DNA of 64,000 bases from Alphaproteobacteria bacterium (GCA_045635565.1 JAZTVX010000021.1:15078-79077), one strand, 5' to 3'; positions 1-10,431 are shown, counted from the first letter of the stretch. The notes: generated from the sequence alone by a model not told the origin. A program made the numbers and translations.

Positions 1-19
1 AAATACGATTTCTATTGCG

Positions 20-703
20 ATGCTCTTTTTGTTGCCTAAAGTTGAACCAATACGTGAAAATGTAAAGGGTGTTACAGCACGTATTAAGGAATTATTTTCA
101 ATTACTAAGAATACGCTATCAAATCCGAATTTATGGCCTTATATCTTTTATTCCGGAACAGTTGCCGCAACGACCATGGTTTTTGTTTGGAGTTTTCAAC
201 CTTTAATGATTGCGGCTCATATACCGGTTCTTTTGTTTGGTGTGATTTATTGTGTTAATCATGCTGTTCGAGGATGTGCCGGATTGATGTTGGATTTTAC
301 CCTTAAAACATTTTCATTAAATAAAATTGCCAAGATAACTTATGTTTTGTATATTTTATCATTTATATCGGCTCTTATTATTTTGTTGACAAAAAATCCG
401 TATGTCGGTGGTTTTTTGCTGTGTTTTATTTGTGTCGCTATTGGTTTTCAATTAACATTTACACTCGGTTCGGTTGCTCGTTTGCATACATTTGTCCCAT
501 CTTCAATTCGTTCGACATCTTCATCTGTTAATAATTTAATATCTCGCTTTATGGCTGGTGTGATGTTAATTTTGTTTAAAGTCGTATTAGATGGTGTATC
601 GTTGGAATGGTCTTTTGTCATATACTTGCTTTTGTTTTCTTTGAGTTTTATTTTTCTGCGTAAAGTATTAACATTAAGCGAAAAACCGAAGCATTTTATC
701 TGA
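20..703 (+). CDS. Polytopic membrane protein, probably the C-terminal part of a transporter. The frame is open to the window edge, so it is likely 5'-partial.
   Basis: Multiple hydrophobic helices. No in-frame stop between position 2 and the ATG at 20. No diagnostic motif recognised. Confidence 0.4.
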   Translation: MLFLLPKVEPIRENVKGVTARIKELFSITKNTLSNPNLWPYIFYSGTVAATTMVFVWSFQPLMIAAHIPVLLFGVIYCVNHAVRGCAGLMLDFTLKTFSLNKIAKITYVLYILSFISALIILLTKNPYVGGFLLCFICVAIGFQLTFTLGSVARLHTFVPSSIRSTSSSVNNLISRFMAGVMLILFKVVLDGVSLEWSFVIYLLLFSLSFIFLRKVLTLSEKPKHFI

Positions 704-835
704 ATAACTTGCTCCTTATTTTGATTTAATCATCTGGCACCTAAAACAGATTTTTTTATCAGATTTTTAAATTTTTATGGCAATTAGAATAAATGAAATG
801 ATAGTTATATTGGTTAGTTTTTGTAAAGTTAAGAG

Positions 836-870
836 ATAAAAAAACCGTTGATAAAATCAACGGTTTTTCT
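836..870. terminator. Bidirectional rho-independent terminator, downstream of hup on the minus strand
   Basis: Hairpin aaccgttgataaaatcaacggtt flanked by an A-run and a T-run. Confidence 0.6.
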
Positions 871-883
871 ATGTTTTCTTAGT

Positions 884-1156
884 TTAATTGACAGCGTCTT
901 TTAAGCCTTTTCCTGCACGGAATTTAGGTTGTTTTGAAGCTGGAATTGTAATTGTTTCACCTGTACGTGGATTACGTCCTTCGCTGGCAGCACGTTCAAC
1001 AGTTGTGAATGTACCAAAGTTAGTGATACGAACTTCATCACCAGATTTGATGGCGGTTGTGATGGCTTCAATAGTTGCTTCTAATGCTTTGGAAGCATCT
1101 GTTTTTGTCAAGCCGGCTGTTTGAGCAATTGCATCAACTAATTCTTGTTTATTCAT
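884..1156 (-). CDS. hup: HU family DNA-binding protein
   Basis: 90 aa. MNKQELVDAIA...RNPRTGETITIPA..KFRAGK is a typical HU/IHF fold signature. Confidence 0.85.
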   Translation of the reverse strand: MNKQELVDAIAQTAGLTKTDASKALEATIEAITTAIKSGDEVRITNFGTFTTVERAASEGRNPRTGETITIPASKQPKFRAGKGLKDAVN

Positions 1157-1480
1157 ACGAAAACTCCTTTTTAGAATTGTGCTTTATTAAGGTGTACAAG
1201 GCTGTTCCCTGACAATATTATCTTAACGATTATTTATTTGAATTGTCAACAAACTTTTTATCATAATGGTAAAAAAAACAGCATTTTTTTGATTTTTTTT
1301 TCAAAAAAAGAAAAAAAATGTTTTGGAGGGCTTTTTTATTGAAAAATATCTGTTTTTAAATATTTTATTAACCTTTTTGTTTCGCTTAACATTATTAGGT
1401 GTGTGGAACGAATCGTTTTTCAAACAGATTAAATGAGATGTTTGATAAAAAACAAAAAAGTTTTCATTTGAAATAATATA

Positions 1481-1513
1481 AAAAAAAGACGACTTTTTTC
1501 TCATCGTCTTTTT
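1481..1513. terminator. Rho-independent terminator after accD (minus strand), bidirectional
   Basis: aaagacgac-ttttttctca-tcgtcttt hairpin with flanking A- and T-runs. Confidence 0.6.
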
Positions 1514-1516
1514 GAT

Positions 1517-2359
1517 TTAATGTAATAATTCTAAAATATTTTGAATAACGGAACGCAAATCTCGCCGATGAACAACCTGATCAATCATTCCGTGTTCCAA
1601 TAAATAACTGGCCTGTTGAAAGTTTGCCGGCAGTTTTTCGCGAACAATTTGTTCAATGACACGCTTTCCGGCAAAACCAATAGCGGCTCCTGGTTCTGCA
1701 ATACTGATATCTCCTAACATGGCAAAAGAGGCTGTAACCCCACCCATAGTCGGATCAGACAATATTGTTATATAAGGTAATTTTTTTCCCTTTAATTTTT
1801 TAACAGCAATTGTTGTACGAGCCATCTGCATTAGAGAAAGCATTCCTTCTTGCATGCGTGCCCCTCCAGAAGCCGGTACTAAAATAAGTGCTGCTTCTTG
1901 AAGTAAAGCCAATTGTGAAGCAGTCACAATGGCTTCGCCAACAGCGGTTCCCATTGACCCCCCCATAAAACCAAAATCAAATACACCAACGACAACCGAA
2001 TGTCCGGCAATTTTACCGTGAGCAACGATAATAGCATCTTCATTCTTGGATTTTTTTCTGGCACGTTTCAATCTGTCGGTATATTTTTCAATATCAACAA
2101 ATTTCAAGGGATCTTCTTTAACCTTAGGCAGTTGAATAAGTGTATATTCCTGCTTGTCAAATAACATGTCCAACCGCTTGAGGGAAGGCAATCGAAAATG
2201 ATAATCACAATACGGACAAACGTAATCGGCCTTTTCAATTTCAGCATGATAAAGCATCGCACCACAAGATGAACATCTATCCCAAAAATGATTTGGAACT
2301 TCCTTTTTGTTTGTAGCGACCTTTACCGTCGGACGTGTTAGGCGACTAAGCCAACTCAT
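1517..2359 (-). CDS. accD: Acetyl-CoA carboxylase carboxyltransferase subunit beta
   Basis: N-terminal C4 zinc finger CSSCGAMLY...CPYCDYHFRL, then a carboxyltransferase domain. Confidence 0.9.
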   Translation of the reverse strand: MSWLSRLTRPTVKVATNKKEVPNHFWDRCSSCGAMLYHAEIEKADYVCPYCDYHFRLPSLKRLDMLFDKQEYTLIQLPKVKEDPLKFVDIEKYTDRLKRARKKSKNEDAIIVAHGKIAGHSVVVGVFDFGFMGGSMGTAVGEAIVTASQLALLQEAALILVPASGGARMQEGMLSLMQMARTTIAVKKLKGKKLPYITILSDPTMGGVTASFAMLGDISIAEPGAAIGFAGKRVIEQIVREKLPANFQQASYLLEHGMIDQVVHRRDLRSVIQNILELLH

Positions 2360-2361
2360 TA

Positions 2362-2643
2362 TTAAGCCTTTTTATTTAAAGCATCGTTAATTGATTTTCC
2401 GGCTTTGAAAAACGGAACACGTTTAGCCTGAACATTAACGGATTCACCTGTTTTAGGATTACGACCGACACGTGCCAAACGTTCACGAACAGACAAAACA
2501 CCAAACCCACGTAATTCAACACGATTGCCGGCAATCAATGCTTTTGTGATTTCATTAAAAATTGTTGAAACAACACGTTCGGCATCATTTTTATTCATAT
2601 GTGTTTGGGCGGCCAACAAAGAAACTAATTCAGATTTAATCAT
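2362..2643 (-). CDS. ihfB: Integration host factor subunit beta
   Basis: MIKSELVSLLA...RVELRGFGVLSVRER..RNPKTGESV..KRVPFFKAGK closely matches the IHF-beta pattern. It lies 3 nt upstream of accD and is probably co-transcribed. Confidence 0.8.
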   Translation of the reverse strand: MIKSELVSLLAAQTHMNKNDAERVVSTIFNEITKALIAGNRVELRGFGVLSVRERLARVGRNPKTGESVNVQAKRVPFFKAGKSINDALNKKA

Positions 2644-2824
2644 TTTATTTTCCTTTCACTGTTAAGATGTAGTTCTTTTATCGTTTTTTTTTTATTTTGT
2701 CAAGGATGAAACAAATCTTTTTTTGCTTTTTTACATGATTTCATATTCTTGTCATATCCATAAGTTGCGAATGGGGTTTTCATATCTCAATATGTCAGTC
2801 ATTTTGAAGAAAAGATAAAATAGA

Positions 2825-3187
2825 CTATTTTTTTCGTTTTGTTTTTTTTGTCAGACTACGCTTGTTATTATGGTAGATAATTTCATTTTCTTTTATTTGA
2901 GACTTAACATTTGTGTTCGCAATACGTAAAACCAAATAACGCGTGATGAAAAAACCACTGAAAATTGACAAGAAACGAGCCATGTTTTGTTGACTTAAAA
3001 CAAGTGAAACAAAGATTAACAAGAAAATACGTAAGGTTCCTGATAAAAATAAAATCAGGCGAGGGTAATTCGATTTTTTGGAAATAAAAATCGTCTGCCA
3101 TAGCAAATATAAATAAATCAGACACAAAACAATTCCAGCACATAAATAAATGACAAAATCTTGAGCCGTTAAATCAATTTGTTGCAT
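2825..3187 (-). CDS. Small hydrophobic membrane protein with a basic C-terminal tail. Function unknown.
   Basis: 120 aa, three or four predicted TM helices, KKTKRKK C-terminus. Confidence 0.3.
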   Translation of the reverse strand: MQQIDLTAQDFVIYLCAGIVLCLIYLYLLWQTIFISKKSNYPRLILFLSGTLRIFLLIFVSLVLSQQNMARFLSIFSGFFITRYLVLRIANTNVKSQIKENEIIYHNNKRSLTKKTKRKK

Positions 3188-3223
3188 GTGTTATCCTTTT
3201 TTATGAATAAATTCACATTGTTG

Positions 3224-4192
3224 TTAAAACCAACGCATTTTTTTTAAAATAGACAGTTGCAAAACAGCAACCAAAACCAAAAACAGAGCGATAATGAGAA
3301 ATCCTCTGCTGTCATTTCCGAATGGAATACCACCAATGTTTGCTCCTAGTAAACCTGTTATAAATGTTAGAGGTGTAAAGATAACAATCACAATTGACAT
3401 GATATACATTGTTTGGTTTAAACTGACATTTGTCTTGGAATCCAATTCTTCTTGTGTAACAGTTGAATGATCTCGTGCCGAATTTAAATCTTCCACGGCT
3501 TTTGCTAAATCTAAGTAGATTTCTCTTAACTGGTTGTTGTTATCTTCCGTGAGAACAGGGTGGGTGACACTGCGTAAAACTTTAGCAACATCTCTTTGTG
3601 GAACAAGATAACGACGTAATCCAACGATTTTATGTCGTAATTGACTTAATTCTTTGCGGATATCTTTATTTCGGAAACTTTCCGGTTCAATGATGCGTTC
3701 TTCAAGTTCATCAACTTCATCACCAATTTTAGTAATAGTACGTTCAATATGTTCTGTCATGATTTTAACGAGATCGATAAAGCAATCTGAGGGCGTTTTG
3801 GGACCGTTTCCTTTTGTTAACATTGAACGAATTTTGCGAACGGCAGGAATGGGGCGATGAGAAAGTGTTAATATTCTTTTCTTTTCAATCCACATATGTA
3901 AGGCAACCATATCATCAATTTCGGCTGATTTTTGTGTATTGATACCACGCATAACAACTAAAATTCCCCGTTTTTTAGGAAAATAGCGAGGAGAAGTATC
4001 TTCATCTACTAAATTTTCAATTACTCGCTCATCTAAACGCATTTCATCAAGCCATTCCTGATTTTCAGGGTCTTTATAGTCAATATGAATCCACATGGGG
4101 CGTTCGGATTTATTCGGAACATGTTCCAAATCCAAAACTTTTGCACCGCCTTTTCCGTCAAAGGCTAAACCAAACTCTGGTGTAATGGCCAT
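3224..4192 (-). CDS. CorA/ZntB-family divalent cation transporter
   Basis: 322 aa with a soluble N-domain and two C-terminal TM helices. GANIGG sits where the CorA GMN motif is expected. The basic KKMRWF C-terminus is CorA-like. Confidence 0.6.
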   Translation of the reverse strand: MAITPEFGLAFDGKGGAKVLDLEHVPNKSERPMWIHIDYKDPENQEWLDEMRLDERVIENLVDEDTSPRYFPKKRGILVVMRGINTQKSAEIDDMVALHMWIEKKRILTLSHRPIPAVRKIRSMLTKGNGPKTPSDCFIDLVKIMTEHIERTITKIGDEVDELEERIIEPESFRNKDIRKELSQLRHKIVGLRRYLVPQRDVAKVLRSVTHPVLTEDNNNQLREIYLDLAKAVEDLNSARDHSTVTQEELDSKTNVSLNQTMYIMSIVIVIFTPLTFITGLLGANIGGIPFGNDSRGFLIIALFLVLVAVLQLSILKKMRWF

Positions 4193-4228
4193 GTGGATTC
4201 TCCTTATAATTGATATAAATAGATACTT

Positions 4229-4831
4229 TTATTCAATACAACAGTCAACAGCTTGGCGAACAAATGCTTTCATTTTACCAAATACGGATTGAGGTGTTGA
4301 AGGTGTTTCGGATGTTGTTTCTTTAACAGATTTATCAATGGTTTGTGTAGATTGTGGTAAAACGGCACTGGCTGTTTTTTTGACATCTTCTAATGAATCG
4401 GGTTTCCATGATATATCTTTAGTATCAACCAAATTCATATTTAAGCCCCAGAACAAACAATATAAGTCATATGCCTGATTGAATAAATCATATGCTTCTT
4501 TGGTGTTGTTCATGGATTGCTGTTTTGTACCGACTTCCATCAGCCGCATGGATGTTGCTAATAAGTGTTTGGAAATACACCAAACTTCCCCTTCGTAAGA
4601 CGGGATAATTTTTAGCATCAAATTTTTACGCATTTCACGCACATCCTGTACGGTATCATAAAAAGAATTTTTTCCCGTTTTGGCTCCCGAAAAAATAAGG
4701 TGTTCTTCAATGGAAATCAAATTCATAATGGCAATTGTTAAGTCTTGATCCGAAGACAGATCTTTCGGGTTTTTCTTTTTCATGTTATCCATGCGTTCGA
4801 CAAATTCTTTAACACTTTTTGCTTTTTCCAT
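4229..4831 (-). CDS. Hypothetical protein
   Basis: 200-aa ORF with coding-like composition. No recognised motif. Confidence 0.4.
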   Translation of the reverse strand: MEKAKSVKEFVERMDNMKKKNPKDLSSDQDLTIAIMNLISIEEHLIFSGAKTGKNSFYDTVQDVREMRKNLMLKIIPSYEGEVWCISKHLLATSMRLMEVGTKQQSMNNTKEAYDLFNQAYDLYCLFWGLNMNLVDTKDISWKPDSLEDVKKTASAVLPQSTQTIDKSVKETTSETPSTPQSVFGKMKAFVRQAVDCCIE

Positions 4832-4855
4832 GTGTTTCTCCTTGTAGGTTGTTAA

Positions 4856-5401
4856 TTAGAGTCCTGCTTTGTCAGCCAAATGGCATTCACAGAGCGGATA
4901 AAAATAGAATATAACGCTTAAAATGGCTACAAACAGCACTGGAACAACCACTTTTTCAAAAGGAAAGTGGGCATGTCCGTTGTTTTTTTGCTTCATCCAT
5001 TCGTAAAAATTGATTCCCAACATAAAAGCACCTGCACCGACTAAATTACTAAACAAAAAGGAATCAATGTATAAAAATCCAATGATAATCGGGTCGTATG
5101 TCAATTGTGATATATACATGAATCCAATTGAGCCAATCGAAGCAAGCATTAAAATGGAATCGCGTCCGGCAAAATGCCAATTTTTCTTATTAAACCAACG
5201 AATTAAAAAGTAGCCGAAAATTGTCAATAAAGCACCGGACCAGACACCAATAACGCACTTGTCTAATCCCGATTTTTCAGCTAAATACAATGAAGCACCA
5301 ACAGTGACCATACAAACAGGACAAGCAGGGTTGGCAAAAGATTTGAATGAACAAATAATTGTAAAAATAAAAGTAAGTAGTTTAGACATACATAACCTCA
5401 A
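4856..5401 (-). CDS. Integral membrane protein with CPVC and CEC motifs. Possibly a DsbB-like thiol-disulfide oxidoreductase.
   Basis: 181 aa, about four TM helices, a CxxC at the start of the first loop and a Cys pair near the C-terminus. The spacing is not classical DsbB. Confidence 0.35.
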   Translation of the reverse strand: MRLCMSKLLTFIFTIICSFKSFANPACPVCMVTVGASLYLAEKSGLDKCVIGVWSGALLTIFGYFLIRWFNKKNWHFAGRDSILMLASIGSIGFMYISQLTYDPIIIGFLYIDSFLFSNLVGAGAFMLGINFYEWMKQKNNGHAHFPFEKVVVPVLFVAILSVIFYFYPLCECHLADKAGL

Positions 5402-5577
5402 TCAATATTTTCCAAAAATATAGGTTCTTTATAAAAAGGTTTTAGAAAAATTGCAACAAAAAAATAATTATCATGTCAGATAATGTGTTTTTATTGTGTA
5501 AAAGAGGTTTTTTGGTCGTTTAACATTGGTTTTCGGCAAAAAAGTGTAAAAAAAATGAAATAGACACAAAAAAAGTA

Positions 5578-5606
5578 TTTACTCTCAAAAATTAAGTTGG
5601 TATAAT
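5578..5606 (+). promoter_or_regulatory. Strong sigma70-like promoter for the 5639-9069 operon
   Basis: TTTACT-17nt-TGgTATAAT (extended -10), followed by the RBS GAGGGTGGGG before the ATG at 5639. Confidence 0.5.
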
Positions 5607-5638
5607 AGAGAGAGTATTCAGCTGAAAGAGGGTGGGGT

Positions 5639-7234
5639 ATGGTTTTTTGGTCAACCGTTTTAGCGTTTATAATCGGTATTATGACGTATATTATTTATCC
5701 GAGAGAGGATCAAATTTCAACCGTTCATATGCCTGCATCGGAAGCATATATTTCCGGTTTTGTGGCGCAACATCAAGCCGCAAAGGATTACTTGCGTGAA
5801 GCATTGATTGGATTAAACAAATTGTCTGGTAAGGTTTCTGCAACGCATAGTGAAGGGGCAATTCTGGTTCTGTCTGGTGAAAAAGATGGAGAAGAAACGT
5901 CGCTTGTTAATTTTATGCCGATGACGCAAACCGTTTCAACATCGTCAGACTTGAAACCTAAGTCTGGTTTTACCAGTGTTTTAGGATGTTTTACGCATCC
6001 TGAACGAAAATACGTTTCGGGTGGTGGTTCTAGTGGATATATGGTCAGTTCGCTTCAGTCATGTACGAGTGAAACCGCTCAAACGAAGTATGTTTTTACA
6101 TATGGTCCTTTACCGGATGAAGCCGATATGCCGTATATGCGTAATAAGATTTTGTTGTGGGAAGCAGCCATTTTACGCAGAACACACGGGAGCCCTGATT
6201 GCGGCTTTTTGCAGGAAAAAAATGGGCGTTACTATGTGAACAATTCTTCACATTTAACCAGAACAATTCCGACTAAATTTGTCGAACAGTTGTCAGATTA
6301 CATTTCTGTTGGTGATAATAAACGTGTATTGGTAGAAGATGAAAACGGGTATGCTGTTCCTCTTTTATTTTGCATGACACCGGCGAATGATCCTTATCCT
6401 CGAGCAGGATTGGTTGCTAATTACGATTCGATAATGAATACAGGTGAAGCGGGTGTTCATGCTGTTACGATTACCGAAAATGATAATAAATGGGTCAATT
6501 TAGGTAATGGCGTACATGGTGAAACATTCGTTGATGCTGTTGTTGAAGGGGATGGTAACTGGTATGTGCCTGATACAGCATTATGTGAAGAAAATCCGAA
6601 TCATTTGTTTTGTACGCATGATAAAGGGTTTTCATTTAATAACAATAGATTTGTTAAAACAGGGATAAAACAAAAATCTTTTGGCAGTTCGTTTACCATT
6701 TCTATGATGGGGCGTTTCGATGGTAAAAATGGCGTTTATGGTGTTTTTGGAACAGAATATACTTGTACGCCGACGGCTGGTAATCCGTGTTTAACGGCCG
6801 AGTATGACAGCAACAATAATATCTTTCGTGTCAAGTTAACGGCGTTGGGTGGAAAAGTATCTGTGTTGGCATATCCTGTACAGGCTGATACAATCACTCA
6901 AATTGATTATATTGTCAATCCGGGTGGGCATAAATTATTTATTGATGGTAAGCACGTTAAGGGTGATTCGTTTTCCTCATCGAATACAAGTTGTACTATT
7001 TGTACGGAAATTTCCGGATTGGCAGAAAATGAGTTTGTTATCGGTCGAAATGCGGAATGGGCAAATCGCTGGAAGGGTGTTATGTACAATTTCTTGTTGT
7101 ATAAAAAAACGCTCTCGATTGCCCCTGATATGACAGTAACAGGTAACGAAAAAATGGAAAAGTTTGATGTAAAAGGTTTGGCTCGTGTTCATAAAACGAA
7201 TTCAGATCGGTATAATTATCAAAAAATAAAATAG
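5639..7234 (+). CDS. Hypothetical exported or membrane-anchored protein. It is the first gene of an operon with the pseudopilin-like gene.
   Basis: 531 aa with a single N-terminal hydrophobic anchor and a Cys-containing extracellular-type domain. Confidence 0.5.
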   Translation: MVFWSTVLAFIIGIMTYIIYPREDQISTVHMPASEAYISGFVAQHQAAKDYLREALIGLNKLSGKVSATHSEGAILVLSGEKDGEETSLVNFMPMTQTVSTSSDLKPKSGFTSVLGCFTHPERKYVSGGGSSGYMVSSLQSCTSETAQTKYVFTYGPLPDEADMPYMRNKILLWEAAILRRTHGSPDCGFLQEKNGRYYVNNSSHLTRTIPTKFVEQLSDYISVGDNKRVLVEDENGYAVPLLFCMTPANDPYPRAGLVANYDSIMNTGEAGVHAVTITENDNKWVNLGNGVHGETFVDAVVEGDGNWYVPDTALCEENPNHLFCTHDKGFSFNNNRFVKTGIKQKSFGSSFTISMMGRFDGKNGVYGVFGTEYTCTPTAGNPCLTAEYDSNNNIFRVKLTALGGKVSVLAYPVQADTITQIDYIVNPGGHKLFIDGKHVKGDSFSSSNTSCTICTEISGLAENEFVIGRNAEWANRWKGVMYNFLLYKKTLSIAPDMTVTGNEKMEKFDVKGLARVHKTNSDRYNYQKIK

Positions 7235-7263
7235 GTATCAATATACGTAAAGGAGAAAGAAAA

Positions 7264-9069
7264 ATGAACAAAAAACAACTTAGTGAAAAGGGAGCAATTA
7301 TCGTTGAAGTTATTGCGGTTATTGCTTTGCTCGGGGTGTTGGGACCAATGTTGTTCAAACAAGTTCTTTCCCGAAATGAAGAAGTTGATAATATCAATAT
7401 CGCTTCCGAAATACGGTCGGTTAAGGAGGCTTTGTCAGCTTATATCCTCACGAATAAGCAATTGTTGACGACCAATGTCGGTTGTGTTACAACGGGGATT
7501 GATATTACGGAGTATTTGCCGATGGGTATGGAAGATTTGCCGGACGGTTATAATTTGGTTGTTTGTACGATTGCTCCAGATACATCTGGTTCATCACCGG
7601 CAGCACCTACATTTATTCAAGGATTTATTGTTCCGAATGAATACGTTGTTCCAGAAAATTTGGGTTTGAAACGAGCGGCTCGTATTGCAAATTTGATTGG
7701 TACGGATGGTGGTATTTATCAAAACGGTAGTGTCAATGGTACAGCCGGGGGTTGGGGTATTGATGATTTTGATGGTTTGGAAGGGTTGCAAACGGCATTA
7801 GATAATTCAGCAGTAGCCGGTGGCAGAAATTACACTTATTTGGCAACGACGGGTATGGATACATATGTTCCCGAATATATTGTTGAAGATTACAGTTCAG
7901 GTTTTGTGACTATTCCAGATAATTTGGCTTTTGCAAAATTACATGCCAGTTCGTATTTTTCCATTGGTTCTGGGGGGGGTAATTGTTATGAAAAGAAACA
8001 TAATACAATGAATATTACCGACGAAGGTTATACAGCAGTTGATGATGAAATTTATACAGTTGGTGAAAATAACTGTGATCCGTTATTTTGGGTGGGAGCC
8101 GCTGATGGGTCAACAGCTGATAAGTCAAAATCGGGTATTGTTTATGTCAAAAATAATTTGATGATTGGTCGTCGAAATAAATCTGACAGACAGGCTGTTG
8201 GTATTTATGCCCGTTCGGATTCATTAGATGATTCGGCATATCGTCCTGATTCGTCTAAAGAAAATCGGATTGAAGTTTATGACAATACAGGGACGGCAAA
8301 AGTTGTTATTAACGGTAAAGGAGAGATTATTTCTAAAACCACAAGACCGTTAACAGATTCTTTGACATCTGATAGTGTTGAAACGTTAACAATGGCGGAT
8401 GGTTCTATTACTTCCAACATTAAGGGACCAAATACAGGATCGGCATTTGCAGTTGATCCGGCATATACATCCGTTATGAATGATATTCGTCTTGAATCAC
8501 GGGGTGGGGCTCGTTTAAGTGATATTTTGCCCAATTATATTACAAAAGAGATTGCTTATTTGAAAGGGCGTGGTCCGACTGTTTGTATCCCAGGATGTCC
8601 GAAGGGATATGCTCCCGCCATTGTTGTGATGCCGGTTGCTTGGCAAAAAACAAAAATCAAATACTCTGATATGAAAGATATTTTAGATGCACAGGTTGAT
8701 GTAACAGAAGAAAGTGTGTCTGGCGAAGGTAGTCACAAACATAATGTTGGTGTTTCTGTGACTATTAACTCGGATAAGCAAGATCTTACGGTTTCCGAAA
8801 CAGGATTGATGATTCAAATTGCAACATCAGAAATGGGACAGGCCATTCATAAAGAAGAAGCCTCAGACGAAGATCAGGCCGATGATAGTGATACAACGAC
8901 TATGCCATATCAAGGTAGAGAAACGTGTACGCATGGACAGTGGTTTATATATTCACACTATCCCGATTGGGAATATCAACGTGATGATGTTCATGTTATA
9001 GCACAAACGTATTGTGTATATGACAAAACTGCATTTGAAACTCCAGAAAAAAATCGTCCGTTAATGTAG
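7264..9069 (+). CDS. Large (601 aa) protein with a type IV prepilin-like N-terminus
   Basis: MNKKQLSEKG|AIIVEVIAVIALLGVL has a Gly at -1, a Glu at +5 and a hydrophobic helix, the same arrangement as class III prepilin signals. It starts 30 nt after the upstream gene. Confidence 0.55.
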   Translation: MNKKQLSEKGAIIVEVIAVIALLGVLGPMLFKQVLSRNEEVDNINIASEIRSVKEALSAYILTNKQLLTTNVGCVTTGIDITEYLPMGMEDLPDGYNLVVCTIAPDTSGSSPAAPTFIQGFIVPNEYVVPENLGLKRAARIANLIGTDGGIYQNGSVNGTAGGWGIDDFDGLEGLQTALDNSAVAGGRNYTYLATTGMDTYVPEYIVEDYSSGFVTIPDNLAFAKLHASSYFSIGSGGGNCYEKKHNTMNITDEGYTAVDDEIYTVGENNCDPLFWVGAADGSTADKSKSGIVYVKNNLMIGRRNKSDRQAVGIYARSDSLDDSAYRPDSSKENRIEVYDNTGTAKVVINGKGEIISKTTRPLTDSLTSDSVETLTMADGSITSNIKGPNTGSAFAVDPAYTSVMNDIRLESRGGARLSDILPNYITKEIAYLKGRGPTVCIPGCPKGYAPAIVVMPVAWQKTKIKYSDMKDILDAQVDVTEESVSGEGSHKHNVGVSVTINSDKQDLTVSETGLMIQIATSEMGQAIHKEEASDEDQADDSDTTTMPYQGRETCTHGQWFIYSHYPDWEYQRDDVHVIAQTYCVYDKTAFETPEKNRPLM

Positions 9070-9086
9070 TAACACTTTGTTATTGG

Positions 9087-9124
9087 AATCATGCACAATT
9101 ATGGAATTGTGCATGATTTTTTTG
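9087..9124 (+). terminator. Rho-independent terminator after the 7264-9069 gene
   Basis: atcatgcacaatt-atgg-aattgtgcatgat hairpin followed by ttttttt. Confidence 0.65.
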
Positions 9125-9309
9125 CATCTATTTATAAGGTTTATAATGTCTGAATGGTGATAAAACACACCTCAATATGAATTGACGTCTCATCAATTCA
9201 TCGGTTGACTGAATTTGGTTATTAAATATATATTATCTGGAATGGAAGGATAAAAATAAAAGTTGATTCAAAATAAAAGCCATTTTTGAAGTGATATCTT
9301 TATGTCTTA

Positions 9310-10431
9310 TTATTTGTTTTGCTTGAGGTGCTTTTGAATAAAGTATTTGAGCGGTTTTTCAATACCTTCAACCAATAATATTGAAACAACAAATGAAACA
9401 AATAGAACACTCATAAACAATGTTAACCAATCTAAAACAGGGATACCGGTTTTAATTGTATAATAATTCTTATAGATATCAATGAAAAGAAAATGAAACA
9501 AATAAATAGGCCATGTATATACACCAATGATTTGAAAAAATTTATTGCAAATAATCATATTTGAGTGAATCATTTGAGAGATAATCAGAAATGCAAATGC
9601 AATAGCCCACATGGTGTGCTTGTTTATCAGAAAGATAAAATTGAGATGATATAAATTTCCGTATATCAATATTAAACTGATAACAACCAATGAATAGGAT
9701 AGAAGAACAGGATTTTTAAATGATACTTTTTTTATTTCTAAAAAGATATAATAAAGTAATATACCCAAAAAAAACGTTGGTAAGTGTGGTAAAAAAGAAA
9801 ATGTATTGACATAATTTTTAAAAATATACATATCAAAATGATAGTCAAAAGGTTTTAAAGATAATAAATAATTATTGAAAACATAGGAAATAAAAATACT
9901 CATTATAAAAAATAATATACTTTTAGTGACTGAATTATTCAATTTAAACAGGATAATCGATAGTAAAATAAATACAATTAAGGTTCCAATAAACCATTCT
10001 ACACCCAGAATACTGTTACAATATAAGGGGAAAAAACCGTGAATAAAAGACAAATGAGTCAGTATATTTTTTAATGTGATAGTTTTTTCCCCACCCAGCC
10101 AATAATGATTGCCATGCCAGCATGAACAAATAATGACGGCTATATAGAATAGAGGGATAAATCGTATAATCTTGTATTTAAACCAAGAAATACCATTTTT
10201 AAAATTATATATTTTTTCTTCAAAATAAAAAGATAAACTGCGATATAATAAAAATGCGGATATTAGGAAAAACAATGTAACTCCATATTTTCCACAATCA
10301 CCGATGCGGGCAAATATGCCTGTCAATTTGCTGTCAGCATTTGTATGAATAAGCAGTACCAATAAAATTGCTAATCCTTTTAAAGCATTAACCCAGTTTA
10401 AAGATGTTTTATTTTTGATTATCATATTCAA
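9310..10431 (-). CDS. Acyltransferase family 3 (OafA-like) integral membrane protein
   Basis: 373 aa, about 10 TM helices, and the N-terminal motif WVNALKGLAILLVLLIHT typical of acyltransferase_3. Confidence 0.7.
   Translation of the reverse strand: MNMIIKNKTSLNWVNALKGLAILLVLLIHTNADSKLTGIFARIGDCGKYGVTLFFLISAFLLYRSLSFYFEEKIYNFKNGISWFKYKIIRFIPLFYIAVIICSCWHGNHYWLGGEKTITLKNILTHLSFIHGFFPLYCNSILGVEWFIGTLIVFILLSIILFKLNNSVTKSILFFIMSIFISYVFNNYLLSLKPFDYHFDMYIFKNYVNTFSFLPHLPTFFLGILLYYIFLEIKKVSFKNPVLLSYSLVVISLILIYGNLYHLNFIFLINKHTMWAIAFAFLIISQMIHSNMIICNKFFQIIGVYTWPIYLFHFLFIDIYKNYYTIKTGIPVLDWLTLFMSVLFVSFVVSILLVEGIEKPLKYFIQKHLKQNK

Noticed and set aside
888-1124. 78-aa ORF on the plus strand inside hup
   Set aside because: It is antisense to a well-supported HU gene. 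It is an artefact of an open frame opposite a real gene.
2904-3143. 79-aa ORF overlapping the 120-aa membrane protein ORF in another frame on the same strand
   Set aside because: It sits within another ORF and has no RBS or motif. It is probably spurious.
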